A stretch of DNA of 64,000 nt from Scyliorhinus canicula (Eukaryota). Within the stretch, counting starts at the first letter, position 1; every line of letters begins with the position of its first letter. Both the position numbers and the translations under genes were made by a program. Below the pieces are notes generated by a model. The model searched no databases and was not told the origin of the DNA. It saw nothing but the letters and a program-made list of their open reading frames with translations. The stretch lies in the NCBI RefSeq assembly GCF_902713615.1, contig NC_052162.1, forward strand, positions 133,386,653 to 133,450,652, given 5' to 3'. Positions 26,184-38,475 of this stretch are shown here, piece after piece.

Positions 26184-26393
26184 NNNNNNNNNNNNNNNNN
26201 NNNNNNNNNNNNNNNNNNNNNNNNNNNNNNNNNNNNNNNNNNNNNNNNNNNNNNNNNNNNNNNNNNNNNNNNNNNNNNNNNNNNNNNNNNNNNNNNNNNN
26301 NNNNNNNNNNNNNNNNNNNNNNNNNNNNNNNNNNNNNNNNNNNNNNNNNNNNNNNNNNNNNNNNNNNNNNNNNNNNNNNNNNNNNNNNNNNNN
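26184..26393. other. Assembly gap (210 N)
   Basis: Run of N flanked by CT-rich and AT-rich simple sequence. Confidence 1.
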
Positions 26394-27314
26394 TCATTTT
26401 ATTTGTTTCTGTTTATATAGAGTAATATAACCAGGTATCTATGTACAAATCAAGGTGTCACATTCGGTATATATATATATATATATATATATTATATCTG
26501 CCGATACACATCTGGCAGGATTATAACTTGTTCCTAATGCAGTGGTATCAATCTCAGCCTCTTTCCGACTCTGGAGCTGCAGCAGATGATTCACATCCTG
26601 ATTTAGTTTCATACAGGACTAAGAGAAAGCCTAGCAGCAAATCTGCCCCATAACGTTCGCCTCTTTTTAACAAGGCATTAGAATAAAGACAAACGCCACT
26701 GGGTTTGTATAATGAACTGTTAATTTATTCACCAAATTGCTAAAATATGTATGCCGATTACCAAATAAATAACTATAAGCAAAGATATGGCGAGGAAGCA
26801 TTGTGTTCGACTTGTACAATATTTTCTTGACGATCGAAATGTTACCATCCGGTCTGGTGATGTTAAGTAGCTTTATTCAATAAACATTTCAGCAGTTATC
26901 CTGGAAATACCCGATATTACCTCTCCTAACATGATGCCAGATCCGACGAAGCATTATAATTGTTATTTCTCTCTGAAGCCTCCAACCAATCAAAGTATCA
27001 ACACACCGTGTATATCAGGAGACAGCCTCTTGCACATCCTTTAATGGATCAGAGGAACACAGTATTTAGGAACAGTAGACCAATCGCCACATTAAGCCTT
27101 CTCCACAATCCGATAAGATCATCGCAGACGTGTTTGTTGTTCCAAATCCACTATCGTGACTGCTCGCTGCAACCCTTGATTATCTTTGACCATAAAAAAC
27201 CCTCTCCAACTCAGCCTTGAGCAAAAGCAATGACTCGGACTTTATTGCTTTCTGAGGCAGAGAATTTCACAGGCGGGTGGAGGTTTCGTAATAAGAAGTT
27301 GCGAATCCGTAACC

Positions 27315-28222
27315 TTTCCAAGATGGCGCCAAAGTGTGGCGACTATCTGCGATCTGTCTCACACAGATGCTCTTCCTCCTTCCCTTATAACGGTACTAAC
27401 CTGTTAACATTTATTTCTAACTCTGACACTATCTCTAACTTTTATGTTTCCTTGCAGGTCTGATGATCCCCCGACGTCCGTGGGCTGGCCCAGATTAGCC
27501 GATCCCATCCTGCAGGACTCCTCCAACAAACCGACTGTGTCTTCAAACCGCAAGCGGATGACGGGCAAACCAAAAGTCCAAACAGGACCTGGCCCAGGAC
27601 CCGACCCGGCCCGCGGAGCGCCCGACTTGGCCTGGGAATCGACGCCAGCCCCTGGACTGCCCAATCAGCGCCGGACCGCCGGACGTCCGGCTCCGAAACC
27701 TGGCCCGACCTGACACGCCCAGCGACCCGACCCGAAGAAGCCCTCCCAGCCTGGGCGGGCAGATGGAAGAACGACGAATGAGTGTGGAGACCCGACCAGG
27801 CCTCCTGCAAGGTCCGATTCTAAGAGGGCCCGACCAGACCAACAACGCTGGAGCCGAATACCAGACCCTGTCAACCAAACGTAGGAAGACCCTGTCTGCA
27901 ACCAAACCCGGACTGAACACCGCCAAAACGGCGGAGACCCATGCGAGGACCCGAACGCGCCAATCGATAGACCCGTACTGGCGAAAATCCGGGCCCATTC
28001 GGATCACAAAGTTGCCCAACCCGGCTAACCCAAAATCTCAACCAGTGCCCGGGACACTGGGAGACGCAACCCCACGATGCGCAACCACTTACATTCAAAA
28101 ATATCATAATTTCCATCGGATCCTGCGGCCATCCAGTATAGCAGCCCAGCTAGGAAGCGAGGAAAACGCGCCAGTCTGCAGGTGAGATTGAAACATCGTG
28201 GTTTCAAGTCTCCTCTCTCCTG
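27315..28222 (+). mobile_element. Rex1/Babar-like LINE 5' end (CpG-rich 5' region and ORF start)
   Basis: Begins CAAGATGGCGCC (YY1-type motif) and ends in RKRGKRASLQVRLKHRGFKSPLS, the stretch that precedes PSILLANV in Rex1-type ORFs. It is truncated at that point. Confidence 0.65.
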
Positions 28223-28249
28223 ATGTGAAAGGTCAAACAGCAGGGAAAC

Positions 28250-28628
28250 TAACATCAGAGGATGAACTGTAGGTGTGGGAGGGAGGGGACGGGGAAGCAA
28301 AGAGGAGAAAGGTGCAGGAAAGGTAGATAAGATTGGGGGGGGGGGGGGGATTAAATGCATATTAAGAAATAAATAAATGGTAAAAGACAGTTAAAATGAA
28401 ATGAAAACAAATGGGTCGAGGTGGGGCTGATCATCTGAAGTTGTTGAATTCGATGTTGAGACCAGAAGGCTGTAGCGTGCCTCACCAGAAGATAAGATGT
28501 TGTTCCTCCAGTTTGCGTTGTGCTTCACTGGAACATTGCAGCAGGCCAAGAACAGATATGTGGGCATGGGAGCAGGGTCTTTTGTTAAAATGGCAAGCAA
28601 CAGGAAGGTCAGGATCCTGAATGTCCAG
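28250..28628 (-). mobile_element. Penelope-like element, GIY-YIG C-terminus
   Basis: Minus strand reads GLLQCSSEAQRKLEEQHLIFW*GTLQPSGLNIEFNNFR*. Confidence 0.8.
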
Positions 28629-28893
28629 CAGTAGAGTGAATATTCATTCATGTCAATGCTCCTAATTAAAAGCACTTAAAGAGCTAGGCGTTGTAAAGGG
28701 TATTGTAGCGAAAGTGCTTCTTCAGTTTATGCTGTACTGTGCTATTCACTTTACTGAACTGCCGCATTAATCATGTCATTGATGGAACTTCATTTGAATC
28801 CCTGACGTTTTAACTAGCAAACACACCGTCATTAGCATTGGAAATGTTCCAGAGTATACTCATCATATAGTTGGCAGAGTTCAGTGATGACAG

Positions 28894-29460
28894 TGTCATG
28901 GGAGAGGCGTTTTCAAAACCCCAAAATGTATCAACCAACCTCCCCCTTTAATGCATTGTTGCTTTTGAAGCACATGGCTTGTTCTCCAGGTGTGGTATTA
29001 CAATTATGGACAATGAGTTTTTAAACACAAAACAATGTTTATTCCATGAATTCAACTTAACCTTTTAAATGAATGTTGGATCACTTAACACCCCTTACTT
29101 CAAAGATACAACCGAAAATAATGCAACACTAAATAATCCCTCAAAATGTTCCTTCAAAACTCCAAAAGACTTCACCTTTAACAACAGACATGAGGGTACA
29201 TTCAATATGCTTATAGTCGTTGGATTTTCAGACATCTACAGACCCGTTCTGCGTTTTCTTCTTGCAGCTTTTTGCAAAACACACAAACATGAAAACAAAA
29301 GCAGAAGTGAGCTCAGCTCAGCTCCCCCCCCCCCCCCCCCCCCCCCACCACCACCACCACCACCACCACCCTCTGACATCACTTCAGTAATATGAGCTGC
29401 TCCATTTCTTAAAGGTACATTGCTTAAACATCCATTTCTTAAAGGTACTCTCACATGCCA
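28894..29460 (-). mobile_element. Solo LTR related to 6552-7148
   Basis: Shares GTACCTTTAAGAAATGG twice, AGTGATGTCAGA and GAATAAACATTGTTTTG; ends ..CCCATGACA; imperfect 4-bp flanks ACAG/ATAG. Confidence 0.6.
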
Positions 29461-29721
29461 ATAGGTATGGAAAGGATAGCGTGCAGTTGAAGAGACCGGT
29501 AACTATATTGAATGTTTTGAAGATGCAATGACAAGACACAATTATAGAGGAAGATGAATGAACTGATGCACATCGCCACAGTGCCAATTGAGAGAGAGAA
29601 AATGCAGAGTTATATGTAACAACGTGAATATGTAACGTTACAAAGAGATAGATGCCGATTGGGACGCAGAAGGAGAGGTATGTTCCCATCAGACAATCAA
29701 CAAGAAATTTTAATTATAAAA

Positions 29722-30078
29722 GCGGCACGGTTGCACAGCGGTTAGCACCGTTGCTTCAAAGCTCCAGGGTCCCAGGTTCGATTCACGGCTTGGGTCACTG
29801 TCTGTGCGGAGTCTGCACGTTCTCCCTGTGTCTGCGTGGGTTTCTTCAGCGTACTTCGGTTTCCTCCCACAGTCCAAAGATGTGCAGGTCAGGTGGATTG
29901 GCCATGCTGAAATTGCCCTTAGTGCCCAAAAAGGTTAGGTTAGGTTAGGTGAGGTTACTGGGTTACGGGGTTATGTTGGTGGTGTGGGCTTAAGCAGAGT
30001 GCTTCTTCCCAGGGCCGGTGCAAACTCGATGGGCCTAATGGCCTCTTTCTGTACTGTTAATTCTGTGATTCTATGTTC
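29722..30078 (+). mobile_element. Full-length V-SINE
   Basis: Head, V-domain and CR1-type tail. Confidence 0.88.
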
Positions 30079-30129
30079 AATGATAATCGACATGCAGTTC
30101 ACAGTACATCTGGACAAGGTCTATTGTCT

Positions 30130-31140
30130 TGATGAATGTTTGCTGATGTTTAAGAAGGCCAGAATTTGAATCGCAGGTCCTGTCTCAAGTATTGCAGATG
30201 AAGCAGGCAACGTTCGTTACCGGGTGTTGTCTTTGGTATTGGCAACTGTTGCTAAGGTACAGTCGCCTCTTGCCCCTTGGTAGTACACTTCAGCTCAAAG
30301 GAGGTGTCGCTAATTTCACCTTTCGCCAACTATTGACCTCCAGGTGTCATGGTGTGTCTTCAGGTCCTTCATGTCATGCTTGCAAGTCTCCTCGAAGCAG
30401 AATATTTGACGCTCAGCTGGCCAACTGGCTCTGGCCACCTCAGCATTCAGAAGGTGATGGTGAATGCGGGCATCTTCCGCCCTAAGGATGTGCCTAATTC
30501 ACAGAACATTCCTCTCTTTGTTTAGTACCAGCACACCTGGGAACTCTCCCTTTCAGAGAACTGTTGCACCTGGGATTCTGTCCCGCCACTTTGTAACAAT
30601 TCATCAAAGACAGCGAATGCAGGGACTGCTGAGCTCCTTTCTCGGATAACTGTAAATTGCCCATATCTCTCAGCTATAAATAAAGGTGTGGAGAACACAG
30701 AACAGTTTGTTCTCAAGGGTCGGTTTGGTCTTATCGCATGCACATTCCTTAAGTCTGCCAAAGGTGGCTAGGGCTTTCCCTATGCAGACGTCGAGCTGTG
30801 CATCAAGGGATTGCAGCCGTGAAGCCTGGGTAGCTGAATTACAGAATCGGTTCAAGTGAACTGTTATTTAGAGATGCAACACCTTTTCCCATGGCCATAG
30901 TTTTCGTGGCATTTGTATTTAGGGTGACACAGTTACAGCCATGGGAGAGACAGTCCATGTGGCTGAATAACATGGCGTCGTCAATGTAGAGGGTTTTCGG
31001 GATCGCAACACAATGTATTTTTGTTTTTGCTTTCAGCCCGGAACGATTGTAGAGGTTTCTGGGTAACCGGGTCTGCAAGTATATTCCTTCCATAGAGCGA
31101 AAGCGAGACAGCGACATTGACAGATGCAGTAGCGACATTC
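30130..31140 (-). mobile_element. RTE-clade LINE RT remnant
   Basis: GIYLQTR...LKAKTKI..V.I..TLYIDDA (YADD-like) and LDAQLDVCIGKALATFGRL are typical of RTE/BovB RT. Confidence 0.8.
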
Positions 31141-31609
31141 AGGTAGACAGTTAAATTTCGATATAAAGTTAGGTACGTATCTGGAGAAACTGATACACGC
31201 AGAAATGATGGAACGACGATAAGATACAGTGATAATTGGACACTTAATGATGGATGGAAAGATGGAAAATGTCTGACGAATACGCAGTGAAAGATATGGA
31301 GTGTGATCGGCAGATAGAAATATATACATAGACAGAGGAGTTAACGAATAAAAAATAGCGAGTGCATGAACAAACAGCATTTACAATTCATGCAATATAT
31401 ACCAGGTTGTACACATGGCTAAATTAGGAGAGATTGCGTTAAAGTTTGATTGGCTTTCATTGGTATATCGTCTCCTTCATTGGGACAAACAAGATGGTCC
31501 CGTTTGTACTCTACATTCTCTCCGAGTGTATTGTAAATAAGGTGAAAGTGATATTAATCTGCAACTCAGACGCTGTCAATATCATGACATCGTCACAGCC
31601 TTCATCGTG

Positions 31610-32575
31610 TCACACGACGCAGCAATGTGCTCTCCATTGAAAGTTCTGGGACCTGAAAACATACAGCATGGGACTAAGGAAAGCAGAAAAGGAAGTGAGG
31701 GCCCAAGTGTAAATCTTAACATGGCACGGATAAAAAGCCGACATTCGATTCAGTGGATCTATCAGAACCGCACTCATAAAATACAGTTCTGCAATGTGAA
31801 AAGGGGCAAAGCACAAAAGCAGGAGAGCCAGAATGCCTGAAATGTTCCTTCGCACTTTCGTCTTCATCAGCTCCATGGATTCCTTCCCAGCTCCCACTTT
31901 TATCAGCTTCTTTATTGTCAGAGCATAGCATAACAACAGGACCAGAACTGGGATGACAAATGATATAATTTCACAAAATAGCAGGAAGATTTGCCAGGAT
32001 TTCCTCGTTATAATCTTATCCTCGCAGGAGAGGATTTCATCTACAACGTTTCTGTTAAAATGAAAGGCCGGCAGACTCAGGGATAACACTGCCAGCCATG
32101 CTACAATAGACAGGGCGACGTAGTATCGGGGTCTTCGCCAAGCATGTGACCTAATGGGATGGGCAACCGCGATGTACTGGTCAATAGCAATGCAGGACAT
32201 GAATAATGGGCTGCCATAGAGGTTGACTAAACCGATCAGAAGTTGGGCGTCAAGAAGTGGCTTCATGAAGTTACATGCTGGGATCAAGTGAATAAGAATA
32301 AATATTGAAGCCAGGATAACCAAGACGTTGGCGATGGTTAAATCAAGCAGGAGAACATCAGTTGCTGATGAAACTTTCTTTAATCTTGTGATGTGCCACA
32401 ATGAAATAGAGTTCCCAACAATGCCCAACACGACAGTGAAGCTAAGAAGACAAGGGAGGACGAACGTTTCTACTGCTTCGGGGATCCCAAGACTTGCATT
32501 TACAGTATGATTGGACGAATAGACCCCTGTCCAGTGTCGACTGGCTGTTGCATTCCAGGTAACAAATGTAGCCAT
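31610..32575 (-). CDS. Intact class A GPCR of the P2Y/LPAR/GPR35-like (delta) group, 321 aa, single coding exon
   Basis: N-terminal N-glycosylation sequons (NAT, NHT, NAS), GIVGN (TM1), NLYGSPLFMSCIAIDQYIAVAHP (TM3), CFAPFH (TM6), SPMLY (TM7). A splice acceptor lies about 45 bp upstream of the ATG. Confidence 0.88.
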   Translation of the reverse strand: MATFVTWNATASRHWTGVYSSNHTVNASLGIPEAVETFVLPCLLSFTVVLGIVGNSISLWHITRLKKVSSATDVLLLDLTIANVLVILASIFILIHLIPACNFMKPLLDAQLLIGLVNLYGSPLFMSCIAIDQYIAVAHPIRSHAWRRPRYYVALSIVAWLAVLSLSLPAFHFNRNVVDEILSCEDKIITRKSWQIFLLFCEIISFVIPVLVLLLCYALTIKKLIKVGAGKESMELMKTKVRRNISGILALLLLCFAPFHIAELYFMSAVLIDPLNRMSAFYPCHVKIYTWALTSFSAFLSPMLYVFRSQNFQWRAHCCVV

Positions 32576-33099
32576 TTGGAGTTTTGATCAGATATTATTT
32601 TTATCTGCTGATCTGTAACGCGGGGAAATAAGCAAATAGATTGTTGAATATCAGTTGGTAAAATTAGAATATAGGTTGTCAAATATAAATTGGGAAAATT
32701 AGAAGACGGATTGGCGAACAACAGTTGGACGTGCTCTTCAAAGTATTCGTTGTTGAATGACGCAGTTCAACATCTTCGTTATACCTCAGTGCTTTAGACT
32801 GCGTGATGTTCTTCTTTGAAACTGGTGGGATATCAACAAATGTGAGTGATGTCTATGCCTCAGGATTCAGAAATGCATAGATGAAATTGGAGCTTGAATC
32901 CTGCAACAAGAATATATGATTAAATGTATTAATTGAATGAAAGTAATGATATACTAATAGGTTACAAGGCTAGGTATATGAACAGCGACTGTTCTTTCAA
33001 TCCTACTCTCTCCAGAGTATATAGATGTGTTATAAAGGCATCAGTGTATTGCAGTCCCTTCTTTTACGGTGCTATAGAATCCCGACAGTGCATAAGGAC

Positions 33100-33342
33100 G
33101 CCATACAACCTATAGATTGCAGCGGTCAGTTGAAAGAGCACCCTACCTAGGTCTACTCCCCGCCTTACTCATAACCCCACCGGACCAGCACTACTTTGGA
33201 TTGTTGGAGGAAACTGAAGGGCCCGGAGGAATCCCGCGCGGAAACACTGAAAACTTCACACAGAAAGACACCCAGGGTCAGAACTGAACCCGATCCCTGG
33301 CTCTGGGAAGAAGGAGTGTTACCAATCTGCCACCGTGCTGTC
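33100..33342 (-). mobile_element. Diverged V-SINE
   Basis: Reverse V-domain and head. Confidence 0.65.
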
Positions 33343-34307
33343 CTGTATCCTGTGTATCTGAGTCCACTCTCCCTCGAGCCCACGTCTGTACCCTGGCTGG
33401 GATCTGTTGTTCTGTCTGGTGTCTATCAGTGACTTTTCTCTGAGGGAGATATATGAACCATCGTATTTATAGGTCAGTGCTGCGGGATATATATAACAAC
33501 ATCTGGCCTCGTTCAGTCATCCTCCGTTAGTAAGTTACTAACACAGCCCCGGTCTCGACTCAAGCATCCCTCGCTCTCCATTCCGCAGTCAACACATTCC
33601 TCTTTCATTGCTCTCGCAAACCAATTCTTTAATCCCCCATCCTTGCCCTCTAATCTCCTAAATTCACTCCTGGTTCCTCAATGTCACTGCCTGTTTACTG
33701 ATCACAACACCATTCGTTCCAAGCCCCGTTCTTTATCCCATCGTTCCAGATATTTACTGACCCATTATCGTTCATTATCAGTCAATCTGAATTTCCTTGC
33801 AGCTAATCTGGTTGGTCCCATTCAACTGCTGAAAGTAGTATTCGTCTTCTACTCCTTCTCAACTTTGATGTTTAGGACTAAAATAATAATATTCTTACCT
33901 GTAAACTGATCCAGAATCAATGAATATCGGCGTGACACAGAATGGACTGTGTTATGGTTGCTGAGAGTCGGGTTGTGTACAAAACCAAGCGAGAAATGAG
34001 AGGTTTCAGGCAGCCCTTCATGCGACTTCGAAAAGTACAGACAGCTGAGGTATGGCGGCTTTTTATAGTTCCCGATTTGCATTTAGTGTCATTACAGTGT
34101 TGTCTACATTATTGCAAACCCAGGGTCTTCCCACTCTGCTTAATGGTTTGTGTTTCAATGACTACCTGTATTCTTGACGAGAGGAGTGGTTTAATCCCCA
34201 CTCACTCCTCGCATTCGGCGTTAAGTTCAGACCCAGACAAGATGTAGTTCTGTGTCAGAGTGGACAAATTTCGACATTTGATTAACCACTGGCATTGCAG
34301 GGTTACC

Positions 34308-34495
34308 AAAATGAAAATGAAATGAAAATCGCTTATTTTCACGAGTAGGCTTCAATTAAGTTACTGTGAAAAGCCCCTAGTCGCCACATTCCGGCGCCTG
34401 TCCGGGGAGGCTGGTACGGGAATCGAACCGTGCTGCTGGCCTGTTTGGTCTGCTTTAAAAGCCAGCGATTTAGCCCAGTGAGCTAAATCAGCCCC
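34308..34495 (-). mobile_element. Young second-family SINE
   Basis: Near-identical to 15606-15788. Confidence 0.85.
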
Positions 34496-35354
34496 ATTCA
34501 GTCAGGATAGACTTCTCCACTCTCTCCTGCGGAACTGCTTATGGAAGAGGGACCGATGTAGACCTTATCCCAGAGCCCTAGACCAATCCTGAACAGAATT
34601 TTTGAAGTGCCCTTTCTTCAATTATTAAATGGGTGGGTTAGCACGTCGAAACGTTTATATATGCTCGCTGTCAGTGAAACATCCATACTTCTCACATCAA
34701 CCCGCCAGCATATTATGACAGACTTTTCTCCCCAGTCAAACACTAATAAATCAGGTGTAAGTGCACACTGAGATTTCTGCCTCCTGTCCCCTCTATACCA
34801 TTACATTGTTCCGAACCTTAATCTCCAGTCTCAACGTGCAGTAGATTGAATTTCAATACACACAGGAATTTCCATACCGGAAGGTATTTCCATGTTCTCA
34901 ACAGGAACTGCAAATAGAGGCATATTTCTATTCAAACTCACTCAATGTCCTTCTGCGTCCTTTCTCTGTTTATTTGTTGCAGGCAACATGCCATTTATTC
35001 ATTCAAACATATTGTTAAAGATGCATCTAAAATCGTAGAACAATCATAGAACCCCTATAATGTAGAAAGAGGCCATTCGGCCCATAGAGTCTGCACTAAC
35101 ACTTTGAAAGACCAATCTACCCAGACCCAATCCCCCACCCTTGGGAAGTTTAGCATGGCCAATACACATAACGTGCACAGCTTTCGACTGTGGGAGGAAA
35201 CCGGAGCACCCGGATGATTACACTCCATTTGCCATATATTTGTCCATTCACTAAATGAATGTATATCTTTTTGTAGTCTCCTCATGTCCTCTACACGAAT
35301 ACCATTCAAACCTATCTTTGTGCCATAAGAAAATATGGCAACCCGCCCTTCAAC

Positions 35355-35680
35355 CCCGGTGGGACAGTCATTAGCACTGCGGCCTCACAGCACCATGCGC
35401 CCGGGTGCAAGTCAGGCCGAGGGTGACAGGGTGTATGGAGTTTTCACGTTATCCGCATGTCTGTGTTGGTTTCTTCCGGGCTCCAGTTCCTTCCAGAGTC
35501 CAAAGATGTGCAGGTTAGGTGGATTGGTCATGCTAAGTTGTTCCTTCGTGCCAAATAAGTGCAGATACGGTAGGGTTACAGGGATGGGCAGGGGAGTGGA
35601 CCTTGGAAGGGTTCTCTTCCGGAGGACCGGTGCAGACACGATGGGCCGAATAGCCTTCTCCTGCACTGAAGGGATTCTAA
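35355..35680 (+). mobile_element. V-SINE
   Basis: Diverged head, V-domain and CR1-type tail. Confidence 0.75.
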
Positions 35681-35951
35681 GGTTCATCAGTGAGTTCAGT
35701 GGATCTGGGGAAAGAAGACCATTTACGACACACAGCCAACAGAGACTCTCACTCAACATGGATACATGACCACTGCAGCCAATCATTCAGCCAATCACAT
35801 GCCATGGTAAATGAAAACGACAATTTGCCCAATACTGATTCATCACTCGAATAACCCCCAAATGTTCCTATACTTACGTTAGCTATTAGGAGACCACTTA
35901 ATTAATTTTGGAGAAAAGTAAATGACTGCGGATGCTGGAATCGGGAAGCAA

Positions 35952-36139
35952 AAGAGAAAATGCTGGAAATCTCAGCAGGTCTGGCAGCATCTGTAGGGAG
36001 AGAAAAGAGCTAACGTTTAGAGTCCAGATGACCCTTTGTCAACGCACTGAGAAAGAGTCATCTGGACTCGAAACGTGAGCCCTTTTCTCTCCCTACAGAT
36101 GCTGCCCGACCTGCTGAGATTTTCCAGCATTTTCTCTTC
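35952..36139. repeat. Inverted repeat of a Penelope-like terminal unit (arms about 87 bp)
   Basis: AAGAGAAAATGCTGGAAATCTCAGCAGGTC...GACCCTTTG is mirrored by AAAGAGTC...GACCTGCTGAGATTTTCCAGCATTTTCTCTT. Confidence 0.85.
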
Positions 36140-38436
36140 TAATTAATTTTGGAGCCTGTCACATTGGTCAGAATCCAGTGTAAGTGATGGTCATTGTCTG
36201 AATAATGCGTTCTGCCCTATTTTGAGTCTCAAGTTTAAATTTATTGCAGTGAACCAGTGCACATTTGCATATTTTACATTACTGATCTTATTCCTTCCTT
36301 GAATTTCAGCTGTCACCCGTGTCATTGCCTCTTCCTCTGTCTACCTGTTTCTTTCACTGTCCCTCCACCTTGATCTCACTGATTGGTTCGTTTTCTTTCA
36401 TCCAGCAGAAGACGATTGCTGAAAGTGAGACTGTGCTCGTGTGTGAGAGAGAAAGAAAGAGAGATAAAGAAAGAGGCAAAGCCAGAGAGAGAGTGAATGT
36501 GTGTATGTGTGTGTGCGTGAGAGAGAGAGAGACAGAGCTTTCGGAAGAGGCACTGATGGACTTTTCAAAGAGGAATGAGGATAGGTAGCATAAAATAAAT
36601 GGTACAATTTTAAACAGTGCAACAACAAAATGGCCTGGCAGTGGATGTACACAAAACGTCAACTGTGACAGGGCAAATTGATCAAACTGTTTACTTTCGA
36701 AATGAAAATGAAAATCGCTTATTGTCACGAGTAGGCTTCAATGAAGTTACTGTGAAAAGCCCCTAGTCGCCACATTCCGGCGCCTGTCCGGGGAGGCTGG
36801 TACGGGAATACGTTTATGGGTTCCTTGGTTTTATCAGTGGAGCCGTGGAGAACAAACGCAAGCTCCTGATGCTGAACTCAAAGATGCTCTGGAACACAGT
36901 GTCTGAACGACTGGTGGAAGCTGATAAAATAACAAAGTTCCAAGTGATTTTGACTTTCACTCAATAAAGAAAGAATTGGATGACAATTGGAAAAGAACAG
37001 AGAGTGGGACAGATTAGTCACATTTTCAGAGACACTACCCACAAAATGGCTTGATGGCCACAGGTCTATCGTTCGAGGATGGTCGACAGTGGTGTTCCCA
37101 ATAGATCCATGTTGGGACCACTGTTCATGACTCTATATAAATGACTTGAATCTTGGAACAATCAATAATATTTCAAAATTAGCCGATTATACCAAGTTTG
37201 GAGCAGTTGCAAAAGTAAAGATGACATTTTATATCTGTAACAGGATAGACGAGTCGAATTAGTGGTTGTGCAGCAGGGATTCCACAGCGGATGGCAGGGC
37301 AGGCTTGAGGGCCGAAGCGAACTCTCCTTCTTAGTCTAAAGCTATTATAACAGTACAGGACAGCTTGATAAGGGAACCCCGAAGGACCAAGAGATCGAGT
37401 CAGACTTTGCGAGGAAGAGAGACCCGCGGTCGGGGAGGATAGAAAGGCCTTGATAGAGAGAGGGATGGGAGAGTCACAGAGTGACTGACGGAAAAGTGAG
37501 AGAAACTAAGGTTCAGAGAGAGAAAAGCAATGAATCATGTCGTTGGCGAAGATACAGGAAGTGATAAAATCAATATACTAAATGCCCAAATTACCATCGG
37601 AAATGATACTGAATCCTGAATCCAACCTTACATTCAACGGTAGCAGTGCGGCAAATGTACACAGATATAGTTCTGCAAAATGTAAAATTGGGACTGAGAT
37701 AGGGGACAGCTGCTTACGCAACTGTTGGTCATTACTGGCAATGGAATCTGATTGAAGTGACGGGGTCCAAAAAATGGAGTGGCCGGCTAACTGTGAAGAA
37801 AATAATGGAGACGTTTCGGTATTTCTGAATTGATGAGTTAAGATTAGTATTCTCCAGTGCCACGTGCCTTCGTGATCGATCTGCAGCAGTGATCATGTCA
37901 ACATGAGGAGTGTCACTGCAAACACTGAATTCTCAAATTAATGTGGAACTGTTTCGAGTTATTGCTGCACCGGTTGCGTTTAAAATGTTTTTGTAAGCGA
38001 CAATAACGTTGAATCGAAAGACTATGTATTTATATTATTGCTTGAACCGTCGCTCATGAACAGACCAGGTTTTCATTACCACTGCAGTCTGCAACCGCAG
38101 ATCCATTCCCTCTGTGCGGAGTTTGGCTGCAGCCCAGGCGTTTCCATTCATTAACATTTAGCCCACCCCCGACCGGTCTCACAGGACGGAGGTTTACTGA
38201 GGGTGGGCGTGAGAATGCTAGATTTCAGATATGGTTCTATGCAGTGCCTCTGTCCTATTGGTTTGTGCAGTTTGTATTCTTAGCCGCTTCGAATAACTGT
38301 TGACGGACAGTTTGATCCGAGGTTTATTTGGTTTCCTCTCCCGGTGTGTCTGAGCGGCTGATGGCGCCTCTTCTCTGTGTGTTTGAATCTGTCCGAGATT
38401 CTAAACAGGCCGCCGCAAACAGCAGCTCCTACCCAG

Positions 38437-38475
38437 AGTTTTTCTACAGCAGTGAGAATGGTTTCTATCACTGTG
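38437..38475 (-). other. V recombination signal (23-RSS)
   Basis: CACAGTG, 23 bp spacer, AGAAAAACT. Confidence 0.92.

Noticed and set aside
25919-26425. ORFs spanning X residues
   Set aside because: Artefacts of the N gap.
27404-28360. Many overlapping ORFs in the GC-rich stretch as a novel gene
   Set aside because: High GC content suppresses stop codons, and the stretch is better explained as a LINE 5' end.
29069-29454. Poly-Pro / poly-Gly ORFs
   Set aside because: A C-homopolymer and (CCA)n tract inside a solo LTR.
34225-34265. D..M*FCVRVD resembling the end of an IgH V
   Set aside because: No upstream Cys/Trp framework and no RSS.
37285-37298. Weaker CTCF-like matches here and near 21732
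   Set aside because: Two mismatches, including in well-conserved positions; expected by chance in 64 kb.
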